From Candidatus Poribacteria bacterium (GTDB lineage: Bacteria > Poribacteria > WGA-4E > WGA-3G), in contig JAGWBV010000001.1 of NCBI GenBank assembly GCA_021295715.1, positions 22,632-86,631 on the forward strand: a DNA stretch of 64,000 nucleotides, written 5' to 3'. The notes under the pieces were generated by a model. The model saw only the letters and a list, made by a program, of their open reading frames with translations. It did no database searches and was not told the DNA's origin. This document shows, piece after piece, positions 18,530 to 28,895 of this stretch; within the stretch, counting starts at the first letter, position 1; each line of letters starts with the position of its first letter. Both the position numbers and the translations under genes were made by a program.

Positions 18530-20284
18530 ACAGGGCAAGCATCGATTCGCCTCATCCGTTACCGTCCACTCCTTTTTATCGGCACTATCTTTTTTCGGGG
18601 ATTAGACGACCTAATGCCGTTGTTCGACGGACTTATTCGGAAGGCATTTTTTGATGCACTTGATCCCGTCACCGGAGGATCGGGGGCAGGACTCAATCCT
18701 TGGACATTCGTTGCACTCTTCGTTGTCGCACATCTTGGCGATCGTGGCGTACTCATCTCTTCAGCGTTCGTATGGGCGCGCTGGCGTTACGCTATTTCAA
18801 CGCTTCTCCGAAAAAACCTCATGACTGCTATCATGAACATGTCGGCACCACATAGCGTCTCAACTGCCTCTGGTGAGACGACAAATCGGCTCCGAGACGA
18901 CGTTCAAGCGATCCTGAGTTATCTGGAGCAGTACATTCACTTATGGGGCAATCTCATCTTCGCGATCTTGGCAATTATCGTGATGGCTCGAATCAATGTA
19001 ACCGTAACTGTCATCACAGTCATCCCAGCTATCTTAATTATTACAGTCGTCAATGTGTCAAGACGATTCATTCAGAGGTATCGTACAGCGCAGCGTATCA
19101 CCACGGAACAGTCGACTAATTTTGTCAACGAATTGTTCCAATCCATCTTGGCAGTAAAGGTTGCACGGACGGAGTCGAATGTAATTGCCCATTTTCAGAA
19201 ATTGAACGATTCACGCCGCAAGGCGACTGTGGTGGATAACCTGTTCAATCAAGTCTTGCGATCCATAAGTTTCAATATCAATACTCTCGCCACCGGCGTG
19301 GTCTTGATTTTGATTGCTGAACAGATGAAAACAGGCGTATTTTCACTCGGCGACTTCGCGCTTTTTCATACGTATATCGGTGAAGTTGCCAGAAGCGGAT
19401 CGCTCGTCGGCAGTATAATGGCACAGCACAAGCGAGCAGAGGTTTCGTACTCCCGCATGGAACAGACCGTTGATGAGATGCCCAGAGAAGATTTAGTGGA
19501 ACACACACCGGTATATCTGCGAGAAAATCAACCACCGCTCCATATCCCTCAAAGGACCGAGGCAGATCAGTTACATGAACTCACTGTTTCTGGTCTTACC
19601 TATCTCTACGATAGCGAGACAGCGGGGATTACTGACATAGATTTGAAAATTCCAGCGGGTTCGTTCACTGTTGTTACGGGACAGATCGGTTCCGGTAAAT
19701 CGACGCTGGTGCAAACGCTCTTGGGAGTCCTGCCGAAACAGGCAGGCGAGATTCGCTGGAATGGCGAAATTGTTGAAGATCCGAAGTCGTTTTTTGTTCC
19801 ACCGCGTTGTGCCTATACACCCCAAACTCCGAAACTCTTCAGTGAAAAACTCAGTGACAACATCCTCATGGGGTTGCCGTGGAATTGGGATGACCTGAAT
19901 CGGGCGATCCGACTCGGTGTCATGGAAACAGATCTACCGACACTCGAGGACGGTTTTGATACTGTGGTCGGACCGCGTGGGGTCAAGTTGTCGGGTGGAC
20001 AGATGCAACGTACAGCGGCTGCACGGATGTTTGCCCGAGACTCGGATCTTCTCGTTTTTGACGATCTCTCTTCCGGGTTAGATGTAGATACGGAGCAGAT
20101 CTTGTGGGAACGTCTTTTTGAGACCACGCGGGCAACTTGCCTCGTTGTTTCTCACCGCCGTCCCGCGCTGCGTCGGGCAGACCAAATTGTCGTTCTAAAA
20201 GACGGGCGCGTTGAGGCAGTCGGAACGCTGGATGAATTGCTTGCCTCCTCTGAGGAAATGCGGAAGTTGTGGGCGGGCGATTGA
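18524..20284 (+). CDS. ABC exporter, fused permease/ATPase (half-transporter 2)
   Basis: Walker [10 protein letters not shown], signature LSGGQMQ, Walker [10 protein letters not shown]. Confidence 0.9.
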   Translation: MTTGQASIRLIRYRPLLFIGTIFFRGLDDLMPLFDGLIRKAFFDALDPVTGGSGAGLNPWTFVALFVVAHLGDRGVLISSAFVWARWRYAISTLLRKNLMTAIMNMSAPHSVSTASGETTNRLRDDVQAILSYLEQYIHLWGNLIFAILAIIVMARINVTVTVITVIPAILIITVVNVSRRFIQRYRTAQRITTEQSTNFVNELFQSILAVKVARTESNVIAHFQKLNDSRRKATVVDNLFNQVLRSISFNINTLATGVVLILIAEQMKTGVFSLGDFALFHTYIGEVARSGSLVGSIMAQHKRAEVSYSRMEQTVDEMPREDLVEHTPVYLRENQPPLHIPQRTEADQLHELTVSGLTYLYDSETAGITDIDLKIPAGSFTVVTGQIGSGKSTLVQTLLGVLPKQAGEIRWNGEIVEDPKSFFVPPRCAYTPQTPKLFSEKLSDNILMGLPWNWDDLNRAIRLGVMETDLPTLEDGFDTVVGPRGVKLSGGQMQRTAAARMFARDSDLLVFDDLSSGLDVDTEQILWERLFETTRATCLVVSHRRPALRRADQIVVLKDGRVEAVGTLDELLASSEEMRKLWAGD

Positions 20285-20319
20285 GACTGTTAACCTAACG
20301 TGGTGGGCAGAAAGGAAAT

Positions 20320-21915
20320 ATGACCCGTCCCACGTATGGTACTAACTTCACAATAATTGAGGGAAATGACGTGAATTCAAATACCGTTCACACGCTTAAC
20401 ACCGGAAACACAGAACTGTTCGTTGATGACGCGCTGATCGCTTCAAAGCACGGCGTAACGCGCACGTTGCATCAATGCGTAAAGCATGACGTTTCTGTCC
20501 TGAAACCTGACCCCGATAATCCGTGGGAACACGGAGGACCGGATCAATCCAGACGCGTTCACCTCTACGGCACCACGATGTACGATGCCGCATTCGGGAA
20601 ATACCGGATGTGGTACATGTGTCGCATGGGACCGCATTGGCGGTTTGAGGGGAACGAGATTCCAGGACTTTACGTCCCACGTCCAGACCGAAACCCGTCA
20701 ACATATAGGGGACAGACACACGATACGTACGGACGGAAGTTCGTTGAGAACGATCGTGGTGATCTTACCTGTTACGCCGAAAGTGACGATGGATTAACAT
20801 GGACGAAACCGAATCTCGGACTCTTTGAATTCAACGGAAATCCCAACAACAACATCGTCTGGGATCTACACGGCGCGTGCGTATTCCGTGATGATGACGA
20901 ACCAGAGCCACAGAAACGGTATAAGATGATCGGTTTTTGCAGACGGTATCGCAATATCTTTCTCCTCACATCCGCCGATGGTATTCGATGGGACGATTCA
21001 GATTACTTGGAACCCGTCGCAGATCGGGACAACGAAGGGGCGTTCAATGTAATCTACGATAATAAAAAGGAAATGTTCCGAGCTTATGCCCTGATACGTG
21101 GAGACGACAAAGACGCACGACGTATGATCGCGTATACCGAAAGTCCGCGCTTAGAGGGACCGTGGGAGCCTCTGCAACCGATGTTCGGTGCAACTGATGT
21201 AGACGATGAAATCGGTGTCCAGCGGTATGGTGCCGATCGTGCTGAGATTCACAACATGTCCGGTTTCCTCTATCACAACATTTACATCGGGCTTGTTGGG
21301 GTATTGTATGTGACGGGACCGGGTGCCGCGGAGCACGAGATTCCTATTGACGGACCGATTGACGCGCAACTCGTTTGCAGTCGAGACGGGTTTAATTGGG
21401 ACTATCCGGGTTCGATTCGGACACCTATTATTCCACGCGGCGAAAGCGGCACGTTCGACATGGGTATGATTATGGGAACCGCCATAGAGCCGATCATCAC
21501 TGATGATGAAATTCGCTGGTACTATACGGGGACCGTCCACACCCATGGTGCCCAGATGAAGGATAGACACAAGGAAATTGGGCTTGCGAAGTGGCGGTTA
21601 GATGGTTTCGTCTCACTCGATGCTGATGCGGAGGGTGGTGTCATTGAAACCGTCCCGTTGCAAATTTCGGACGGCGGGCTTGAAATCAATGCAGATGCAA
21701 GCGGTGGACAAATCGGCGTTGAAGTGCTGACAGCCGATGGACAGGTGCAATCCGGTTTTTCGATTGATGATTGTGTCCCGATAACAGAGGATAACGTCCG
21801 ACATTCGGTGCAATGGAAATCGGCGACGTTAGCAAGGGCAACGCAACCCTTACGACTCCGTTTTGTGCTGAATCGAGCAAAACTTTATGCCTTCCGAGTC
21901 GGAGTAAACCCATAA
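20320..21915 (+). CDS. Putative beta-propeller glycoside-hydrolase-like protein (GH32/43/68-clan-like) with C-terminal beta-sandwich
   Basis: No signal peptide; ELFVDDALI, YRMWYM, DGLTWTKP, TSADGIRW and tail LRLRFVLNRAKLYAFRV; family call from memory only. Confidence 0.4.
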   Translation: MTRPTYGTNFTIIEGNDVNSNTVHTLNTGNTELFVDDALIASKHGVTRTLHQCVKHDVSVLKPDPDNPWEHGGPDQSRRVHLYGTTMYDAAFGKYRMWYMCRMGPHWRFEGNEIPGLYVPRPDRNPSTYRGQTHDTYGRKFVENDRGDLTCYAESDDGLTWTKPNLGLFEFNGNPNNNIVWDLHGACVFRDDDEPEPQKRYKMIGFCRRYRNIFLLTSADGIRWDDSDYLEPVADRDNEGAFNVIYDNKKEMFRAYALIRGDDKDARRMIAYTESPRLEGPWEPLQPMFGATDVDDEIGVQRYGADRAEIHNMSGFLYHNIYIGLVGVLYVTGPGAAEHEIPIDGPIDAQLVCSRDGFNWDYPGSIRTPIIPRGESGTFDMGMIMGTAIEPIITDDEIRWYYTGTVHTHGAQMKDRHKEIGLAKWRLDGFVSLDADAEGGVIETVPLQISDGGLEINADASGGQIGVEVLTADGQVQSGFSIDDCVPITEDNVRHSVQWKSATLARATQPLRLRFVLNRAKLYAFRVGVNP

Positions 21916-21950
21916 CCGGGACATTTGTGCTAAAATGTCATCTTCTGTGG

Positions 21951-24680
21951 TCACTGTCCGACATTCGGGTCTAATTCCTTAGCCTTCTCAAAATCCACTT
22001 TGGCTTCTTCCGTTTGACCAAATGCCTCTTTCGCAAGCCCACGCTCATGGAAGTATTCTGCATTTTCTGGATCAAGTCGGAGTGCAATATCAAAGTCCTC
22101 TATCGCGCCGTCAGCGTTACCAAGGGCAGCTTTGGCAACACCGCGATTGCCGTAGGCGGCGGCATTTTCTGGGTTCAGTTGTATCGCTTGTGTGCAGTCT
22201 CGGACTGTTGCTGTGTATAATACCTCCGCGCCCGCTCTATCTCCCTTATTTGCCTTGGTTTTACCAAGGTGAAACTGGGCATACCCTCGATTGATATATG
22301 GATCCGGATTCTCTGGGTTCAGCTGTATCGCATGCGTGCAGTCTTGAATCGCCGACACATATAACGCTTGTGCCTCCGATATGTCCCCTTGATCTGCCTT
22401 AGATTCACCAAGGGACACCTTTGCCGCACCGAGATTGTTATACGGATCGGCATACTCTGAATTCAGTTCGGTGACCTGTGTCCAATCGTGAATCGCACCT
22501 TGGTAGTATTTCTGTTTCTTTGCTGTATCTGTCTCTGATTGCGCGAGGCGAAACCTTCCTCCCGCACGGTTGTGGTAGGCATTAGCGTCTTCTGGATCTC
22601 GTTTGATGGCTTGCGTGCTGTCTTCAATTCCTGCCTCATATAACCTTCTGGCTTTCTCTGTATTTTCTTTTTCAGACGCAAGATCAGCAAGCCTGAATTT
22701 TGCAAGTCCTCGATTGTAATAAGCATAAGTATTCTCAGGGTTTAATTCGATGACTTTATCGAAATTGGCTATCGCTTCGTCATAGCGACCCTCAATATAA
22801 TTCCTCGCTCCCTGTGAGGCGTGTACATAGACAAGGATGGGGCCTCGTTTTCGCCAGAGTGCCAAGGGTTCAGGGGGACCCGACTCAACGATGAGTGCCT
22901 TCAGGACGTTTGAAGGGATAGCGTAACTGTAAGGGTCTACAGCCCCGGAGACTACCCCTATGACCTGTCCTTTACTATTTATTACAGGCGAACCACTGTT
23001 GCCGGGAGAAATTTTAACGTTCATCTGAAGCCATTTATCCCTATCCCGGATGCTATGTAAAGTGCCCTCCGAAACCGTATAGTTTCCTGTGGGGTATCCT
23101 ACGGCGGATACAGCCTCACCCCTCTGAATGGTGTCGCTGTTACCAAGTGGAAGCGGCGTTCCGTCCTCCGCAACTTTTAGGATGGCAAGATCATTGTTGA
23201 CATCGAACGCAGTAACGCCTTCAACAGTCCAAATCCTCTTTCGGTCAACGGATTGCATGTAAGCAGATTCGAGGGGAGCAATAACGTGAACGTTCGTTGC
23301 AACCTTATTACGTGTCACGAAGAAACCAGTAGCATGGCTATCGTTCCCGCCTACACGAACCGTAGCTTGTTCCTGTTTTAAGGTTTCAGCCTGCTCGAAA
23401 TCTGTTCTCGCTTCTTCCCGCCGCCCAAGTTCCTCTTTTGCGAGTCCTCGCCCGTAGTAGGCTTTGGCATAATCAGGTTTAATTTTAATGGCGTGTGTAT
23501 AATCATCAATCGCCTTGTGGTAGTGTCGTCGTGCCTCCGAGACGTTTCCTTTGATAGATTCAAGATTACCAAGGTTTTTTCTTGCGGTTCCGCGTTCAGT
23601 GTAACTTGCAACATGATTCGGCACTCGTTTGATGGTTTGCATGTAGTCATCAAGTGCCTCGTGGTAGTATCGTTGTCTTGCTGTGTTTCCTATGTCGGTT
23701 TCGGAATCCGCCAGTAACCTTTTCGCGAGTCCTCGGTTTTTGTAAGCAACAGCGGCGTTTGGATTGAGTTGAAGTGCTCTATTAGAGTCGTCAATTGCTG
23801 AACGATAATGCCGTTGTGCCTCCGTCGCATTCCCCTGCTCAGATTCAAACGCACCGAGAGAGAGTTTCGCCTCACCGCGCTGAGTGTAGGCAGTCGGAAA
23901 CTCTGGGTTTAACGCAATGGCTTCATTGAGGGCATCTATCATTTCAGTGTAAGCACCATCGCTGAATTTGCGTTTTGCTTGCGCTACGTAACGGTATGCC
24001 CGTATCGAGTCTCGCTGCTGCCACTGTTTGAGAGATTCCAGTGTGTCCGATTGGGCAAGCAACACCTTGAGGGCATTTGAGGGGATTGCGTAACCAAAGT
24101 CCTCCTCTATTACTTCAATCCCGATGACTTCGTTTTTGCTGTTCAGGATAGGACCACCACTGATCTCTGGATTAGGCTGAAGCGTCGTTGAGAACCACTT
24201 GTCGTTCTCTCGGATCCCAAATATAGTCCCTTGTTTGGCTTTATCCTTGGATCCTCTGGCGAGGAGACCCGCATCGAAAATAGCGTTACCTATTTTAACA
24301 GTGTCGCTGTCGCCAAGTGGAAGTGGTGTGCCTTCAATCGAAACTTTTAAAATAACGAGGTTGTTTTTAACGTCATACGCTGTAACACCTCGGATGGACC
24401 GTGTCACACCCTCGCCTCTTACATGTGCAGAAACAGGATTAGCATCAGCGATAAGGTGAATGTTCGTCGCAATCTTGTCCGGTGCCACAAAGAACCCATT
24501 GCCCACGCCTCTAATGCTCGACCTACTCACGACCCGAACGATAGAAGTCCGCACATCCTCAGGTTGTGAAGGTTCTGCAGACACTAAGCTTTTTTCTTCA
24601 ATCTCTTGGGGAGCCCGCGCGCAGGCGCACAAAATTATTAAAGCCAGCAAACCTAATAAAAATTTTCTGTTCGTTTTCAT
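21951..24680 (-). CDS. Lipoprotein with two trypsin-like serine protease domains, each followed by TPR arrays
   Basis: Signal/lipobox LIILCAC; domain 1 TNIHLI...NNLVILKV...EISGGP; domain 2 TNVHVI...NDLAILKV...GNSGSP; many AY.NRGLAK-type TPR units. Confidence 0.8.
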   Translation of the reverse strand: MKTNRKFLLGLLALIILCACARAPQEIEEKSLVSAEPSQPEDVRTSIVRVVSRSSIRGVGNGFFVAPDKIATNIHLIADANPVSAHVRGEGVTRSIRGVTAYDVKNNLVILKVSIEGTPLPLGDSDTVKIGNAIFDAGLLARGSKDKAKQGTIFGIRENDKWFSTTLQPNPEISGGPILNSKNEVIGIEVIEEDFGYAIPSNALKVLLAQSDTLESLKQWQQRDSIRAYRYVAQAKRKFSDGAYTEMIDALNEAIALNPEFPTAYTQRGEAKLSLGAFESEQGNATEAQRHYRSAIDDSNRALQLNPNAAVAYKNRGLAKRLLADSETDIGNTARQRYYHEALDDYMQTIKRVPNHVASYTERGTARKNLGNLESIKGNVSEARRHYHKAIDDYTHAIKIKPDYAKAYYGRGLAKEELGRREEARTDFEQAETLKQEQATVRVGGNDSHATGFFVTRNKVATNVHVIAPLESAYMQSVDRKRIWTVEGVTAFDVNNDLAILKVAEDGTPLPLGNSDTIQRGEAVSAVGYPTGNYTVSEGTLHSIRDRDKWLQMNVKISPGNSGSPVINSKGQVIGVVSGAVDPYSYAIPSNVLKALIVESGPPEPLALWRKRGPILVYVHASQGARNYIEGRYDEAIANFDKVIELNPENTYAYYNRGLAKFRLADLASEKENTEKARRLYEAGIEDSTQAIKRDPEDANAYHNRAGGRFRLAQSETDTAKKQKYYQGAIHDWTQVTELNSEYADPYNNLGAAKVSLGESKADQGDISEAQALYVSAIQDCTHAIQLNPENPDPYINRGYAQFHLGKTKANKGDRAGAEVLYTATVRDCTQAIQLNPENAAAYGNRGVAKAALGNADGAIEDFDIALRLDPENAEYFHERGLAKEAFGQTEEAKVDFEKAKELDPNVGQ

Positions 24681-25031
24681 GAATGAACATCCTATGGAAC
24701 GGCAACCTTGGGGATCAATGCGTCCGCGGTGCCTTGGAGACTGAATGTCAACAGGAGGGTCATAAATATACGAAGGACGAGCCTGTGCGTCATCAAGTCT
24801 TTCATGAAAAAATACCCCGCTTTATTTTCAAATTACCCAACTCACGTTATTATAACCAACGTCTGTTGTGGCGTCAAGCCGTCTTGTAGGAGGGAATTCC
24901 GATTCCCGACACCTCACTTCATTCTTATCTTTCGTTGTAAACAGTTTCCTTTTTCATGAAAAAATGTGAATTTTCCGAAAAACTGAAGGTTAATGATTTT
25001 ACAGGAATTCTATAGGAATCGTAAATAGATG

Positions 25032-25240
25032 CAGAGCTATTCAATACTCCCTATTTTCGGTTGGTCATTGAAACTTCCGCTTCTGTAGGCGAGGGTGTTT
25101 TTGCTTGGGGGTTTTGATAGGGTGTTTCCTCAATTCCCCCAAGCTTGCCATGCTTTGACGAAAACGCTGACTGACATTATCCTGCACATCCTTGAATCCT
25201 GTGAATCCTGATTCAGACAACTAAAAATTGAATAGCTCTG
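25032..25240. mobile_element. MITE-like element with 14-bp perfect terminal inverted repeats
   Basis: CAGAGCTATTCAAT (25032-25045) and ATTGAATAGCTCTG (25227-25240); the interior carries an A-box (25093-25115) and an ATCCTGATTCAGACAA box; no ORF. Confidence 0.7.
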
Positions 25241-25248
25241 AAATAGGT

Positions 25249-25278
25249 TTGACATCTACCGACACGATATGTTACAAT
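25249..25278 (+). promoter_or_regulatory. Near-consensus sigma-70 promoter
   Basis: TTGACA - 18 nt - TACAAT, immediately right of the MITE-like element and about 320 nt upstream of the 25598 ATG. Confidence 0.6.
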
Positions 25279-25489
25279 ACTTAACATACATAGATTCTAA
25301 GCAGGATTATCAAATGTTTTATCTTTCACTTACTGCAGGCTTTGGTACCGGAATACATCAAACCTCTCTTACACTACATGAAAACTGTCTTTGCCCACTC
25401 GCTGGCTCTGGTGGTACTATTTTTATCCATCGTGCAGAGGTGGGCTTATAAGGAGTAGACAAAACATCTCCGAGTTGTACAACATAACG

Positions 25490-25542
25490 CCCATCACGGA
25501 ACGGCATGAAAGTAGGGTTTCGGTGAGGGTGTTTTCTTTTTT
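25490..25542 (+). terminator. Intrinsic-terminator-like hairpin plus T-tract inside the long leader
   Basis: cccatcacggaac...gtttcggtgaggg (about 12 bp with bulges) followed by tgttttctttttt; lies about 55 nt before the ATG. Confidence 0.4.
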
Positions 25543-25597
25543 AAACAACAACAAAATATCACGTTCATAGGTAAAAAACTTTAAAAGAGGAGAAGAG

Positions 25598-27748
25598 ATG
25601 CGTCACAGAATCGTTCTTGTGATGTTTGTAGCGATTACAGCAACGAGCATAAATGTTGAAGCCAGCAGAGAAATTAGACCAGTGTTCACCCAAGACACAA
25701 TCGAAATTGACGGGCATCTCAGCGAGGTAGATTGGGAGCGGGCACAGGTTATTGATGACTTTACGCAACAATCACCCGATGAAGGGCAACCGAGTACCGA
25801 GCGCACAGAAGTTCGCATGTTGTATAGCGCGGAGAAACTTTATATCGGGTTTGAGTGTTTCGATGCCGAACCTGAAAAAGTTGTTGCGAACGAAATGCGG
25901 CGTGATGGGCAGCTTTGGCAGAATGACAACGTTTACGTTATGCTTGACCCCTACGGTGATAAAAGGCAGGGCGTCTTTTTTCGGATGAATGCGCTTGGGG
26001 CACAGTCAGATACCGCAGTCACCGATGGCGGCGAAAACCTCAATGGAAGCTGGGACTGTATCTGGGAAGCTGCCGGACGGCGACACGATAAGGGTTGGAC
26101 AGTTGAGATCGCGATCCCGTTCAATCAGTTAAGGTTCAAAAAAGACGATTCGATGGTGTGGGGTGTGAATTTTGGACGCAATATCGCCCGAAAGAATGAA
26201 ACGACACAATGGATACAGGTTCCTCGAAGCGAGAGCTGGCCCGGCACCTATCACCCGACGTATCAAGGCAAACTGATTGGGCTACAAGGTATTGCATCGC
26301 CATCATATTTTGATGTCAAACCGTATCTCCTCGGTGGCTTGGCGAGAAATCTCGACGACACAAAGTGGCAACGGACTACCGAACGCGATCTCGGTTTAGA
26401 CATGAAATACGGGGTAACATCGAACCTGACGTTAGATATGACATTGAATACCGATTTCGCACAGGTAGAAGCCGACCAAGAGGAGGTTAACCTCACACGT
26501 TTCAGTCTCTTTTTTCCTGAGCGGCGCGAGTTCTTCCTTGAAGGCAGTGGGCTGTTCTCCTTTGGGGCGGGGCTCGGAGACTTCGGTCCACCACCCCTGT
26601 CGGTTTTTTACAGTCGGCGTATCGGCATTGAAGATGAAAAGCGGGTTCGGATTCTTGGGGGTGGTAAGCTGACTGGAAAGGTCGGAGCGTACAGTGTAGG
26701 CGCGCTCAACATGACAACCGCCGCCTCAGCGAAATCACCCCTGACGAACTTCTCTGTCCTGAGAATGCAGCGTGATATTCTCAGTGATTCAAGTGTCGGT
26801 TTCATTCTCACCAACCGGCAGAGCGACCTCGGAGAGTATCATCGCAATGGCGGGGTAGACCTCTTTTTTAGACCGCATGACCAGTGGCGGATGCGTGCGA
26901 TGACCGTCGGTAGTTGGTCTCCAGACCCTGACGAACGTGATGTCGCATGGTATCTCTCGAACGACTGGCGCAACGATAATTTTCACGTCAATGCTTCCTA
27001 TCTCGACATCGGTCCCCAATTTACCAGTAAAATGGGGTTCATGCATCGAAGAGACATCCGCTCGTTGATGTTGAATGCCGATTACGAGGTTCAGGTTAGA
27101 CGCTATGGCGTGCGAGATGTTGGTGCGGTTTTCAATGGCAGTTACCTGTTAGACCACGATAACAACCCCATCGGTTGGGATGTCGGCTTTGGTGGAGACC
27201 TGCTCTCGGAGTCCGATGATGGGTTCAGTCTCGATTTCCGACGGTTTTTCGACCGCGTTGAAGAATCTTTTAGTGTCAGTGATGTCGAGATTCCCGCTGG
27301 CGATTATGAAATGAACCAAGTTTCCCTCATGTTTTTCTCAGAGACCAGTCGTCCGTTCGCTGTGTTCGGTGGTGTAGATTATGGAGATTACTTCCACGGC
27401 AACAGCGTGAGTTTGAACATTGATAGCCAGTGGCGGATGACGTATCAACTCGCAATTGAAACGCGATACCAACGCAATTGGATTAATCTGCCCGAAAACG
27501 ATCTGTTCACCACAAATGTTGTTGGCACACGTATCAGTTATGCGTTGAATACCCGTTTCTTTACCAAATTGTACGCGCAGTGGAACGATAGTGCCGAGCG
27601 GGCAAGTGCAAATTTCTTAGTCAATTACATTTATCGTCCGGGAAGCGATTTTTACTTCGTGTTCGATCAGGCGTGGAATGCATCGGACGGCTTGCAAGAC
27701 CATGAATGGACAGTCTTGAGCAAGTTTACCTATCTATTCAGTCTATAG
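25598..27748 (+). CDS. CBM9-like/DUF5916-like secreted or outer-membrane protein
   Basis: Signal peptide; N-terminal IEIDGHLSEVDWERA...YIGFECFD module; long beta-rich C-terminal region ending KFTYLFSL. Confidence 0.6.
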   Translation: MRHRIVLVMFVAITATSINVEASREIRPVFTQDTIEIDGHLSEVDWERAQVIDDFTQQSPDEGQPSTERTEVRMLYSAEKLYIGFECFDAEPEKVVANEMRRDGQLWQNDNVYVMLDPYGDKRQGVFFRMNALGAQSDTAVTDGGENLNGSWDCIWEAAGRRHDKGWTVEIAIPFNQLRFKKDDSMVWGVNFGRNIARKNETTQWIQVPRSESWPGTYHPTYQGKLIGLQGIASPSYFDVKPYLLGGLARNLDDTKWQRTTERDLGLDMKYGVTSNLTLDMTLNTDFAQVEADQEEVNLTRFSLFFPERREFFLEGSGLFSFGAGLGDFGPPPLSVFYSRRIGIEDEKRVRILGGGKLTGKVGAYSVGALNMTTAASAKSPLTNFSVLRMQRDILSDSSVGFILTNRQSDLGEYHRNGGVDLFFRPHDQWRMRAMTVGSWSPDPDERDVAWYLSNDWRNDNFHVNASYLDIGPQFTSKMGFMHRRDIRSLMLNADYEVQVRRYGVRDVGAVFNGSYLLDHDNNPIGWDVGFGGDLLSESDDGFSLDFRRFFDRVEESFSVSDVEIPAGDYEMNQVSLMFFSETSRPFAVFGGVDYGDYFHGNSVSLNIDSQWRMTYQLAIETRYQRNWINLPENDLFTTNVVGTRISYALNTRFFTKLYAQWNDSAERASANFLVNYIYRPGSDFYFVFDQAWNASDGLQDHEWTVLSKFTYLFSL

Positions 27749-27790
27749 TGTTGTCGTCGTGATCTCTACGTGAAATCAGACACCTTCGTC

Positions 27791-27820
27791 TTGATGTTTC
27801 TTATTCAAATCTGCTATAAT
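27791..27820 (+). promoter_or_regulatory. Candidate sigma-70 promoter for the retropepsin-like gene
   Basis: TTGATG - 18 nt - TATAAT. Confidence 0.55.
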
Positions 27821-27876
27821 TGTCCGTGTCAATACAACACGCAATTTCAGAATTCAACGCGAAGAGAGGAAGGGAA

Positions 27877-28290
27877 ATGAGACATACAACACACATTGAA
27901 CTCGAAAATCAATATGACTTGGTAGCCGTAAAATTAGGCGTTATGAATCCGGAAGACGTGCGGCGGCTTACTATCACGGATGCCCTCGTTGATACGGGCG
28001 CGACGGGACTCTGTCTACCGACTTCTCTCATTGAAAAACTCGGTCTCACGCCCATTAAAGTGACGCGAGCCCGCACCGCCACTGGCATCGTTGATAGGAT
28101 GCTTTACTCAGCAGTCCAATTTACGATATTAGAACGAGCAAGTCTAATGCAGATCACCGATTTGCCCGAAGGCTCACCTGTCCTCGTGGGGCACATGGTA
28201 TTGGAACATCTCGATCTCTGCCTTGATATAAAAGAAGGACTCATCTATAACCCCGCACATGATGGCGAATGGATTACAGAGATTCTCTGA
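27877..28290 (+). CDS. Retropepsin-like (clan AA) aspartic protease
   Basis: ALVDTGATGL (D-T-G) motif; ATG 27877 has a ggaagg SD; the track start at 27820 lies inside the -10 box of a promoter. Confidence 0.7.
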   Translation: MRHTTHIELENQYDLVAVKLGVMNPEDVRRLTITDALVDTGATGLCLPTSLIEKLGLTPIKVTRARTATGIVDRMLYSAVQFTILERASLMQITDLPEGSPVLVGHMVLEHLDLCLDIKEGLIYNPAHDGEWITEIL

Positions 28291-28315
28291 TAACGAATAA
28301 GGAAGAGTTACAGCT

Positions 28316-28894
28316 ATGGTAGAATTAGACAACTTCGCGGGACACAACATTCACTTAGAAACCGAACGTTTGACACTTCGGCCGTTCAAAGATGCAGATT
28401 TTGATGTTGCGGTCCCCTTTTACAACGACCCCGATTTCCTACAGGCGATGGAAGACGAGCCACCGGATGAACCCATAACGAGAGACTATCTCAAAAGTGC
28501 TGGCGAATACATGAGGAAAGACGGTTTTTTGTTCGCAATCGTAGAAAAGGCAAGCGGACGCACCATCGGTGAGGTCTGTTTGCAGTGGATGAACTTGGAG
28601 CGGGGGAAAATTGAGGGTGAGAAGATAATGCGCCTCCCCATCGGGATTTGGGACAAAACTTTATGGGGGAAAGGCTACGGAAAAGAGGTCGTTCGATGCT
28701 TGGTGACGCACGCGTTCGAGAAATTGGGAATTGATCGATTCTGTCCGATGGATGTCCGAGAAGACAATACCCGCTCAAAAACGTTGTGGCAGTCGCTCGG
28801 ATTCACCGTTTCAAGAGAAGTGGACAATGGAAAAACCTTGGACTTTGAGATGACACGCGCAGACTATGAGAAACTTGTTCAAAGTAACACTTGA
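28316..28894 (+). CDS. GNAT family N-acetyltransferase (RimJ/RimL-like)
   Basis: LWGKGYGKEVV motif A; 192 aa. Confidence 0.8.
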   Translation: MVELDNFAGHNIHLETERLTLRPFKDADFDVAVPFYNDPDFLQAMEDEPPDEPITRDYLKSAGEYMRKDGFLFAIVEKASGRTIGEVCLQWMNLERGKIEGEKIMRLPIGIWDKTLWGKGYGKEVVRCLVTHAFEKLGIDRFCPMDVREDNTRSKTLWQSLGFTVSREVDNGKTLDFEMTRADYEKLVQSNT

Positions 28895-28895
28895 C

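Noticed and set aside
25269-25451. 60-aa ORF in the long leader
   Set aside because: Its start codon lies between the -35 and -10 boxes of the only good promoter, so it would not be on the transcript. It has no SD.
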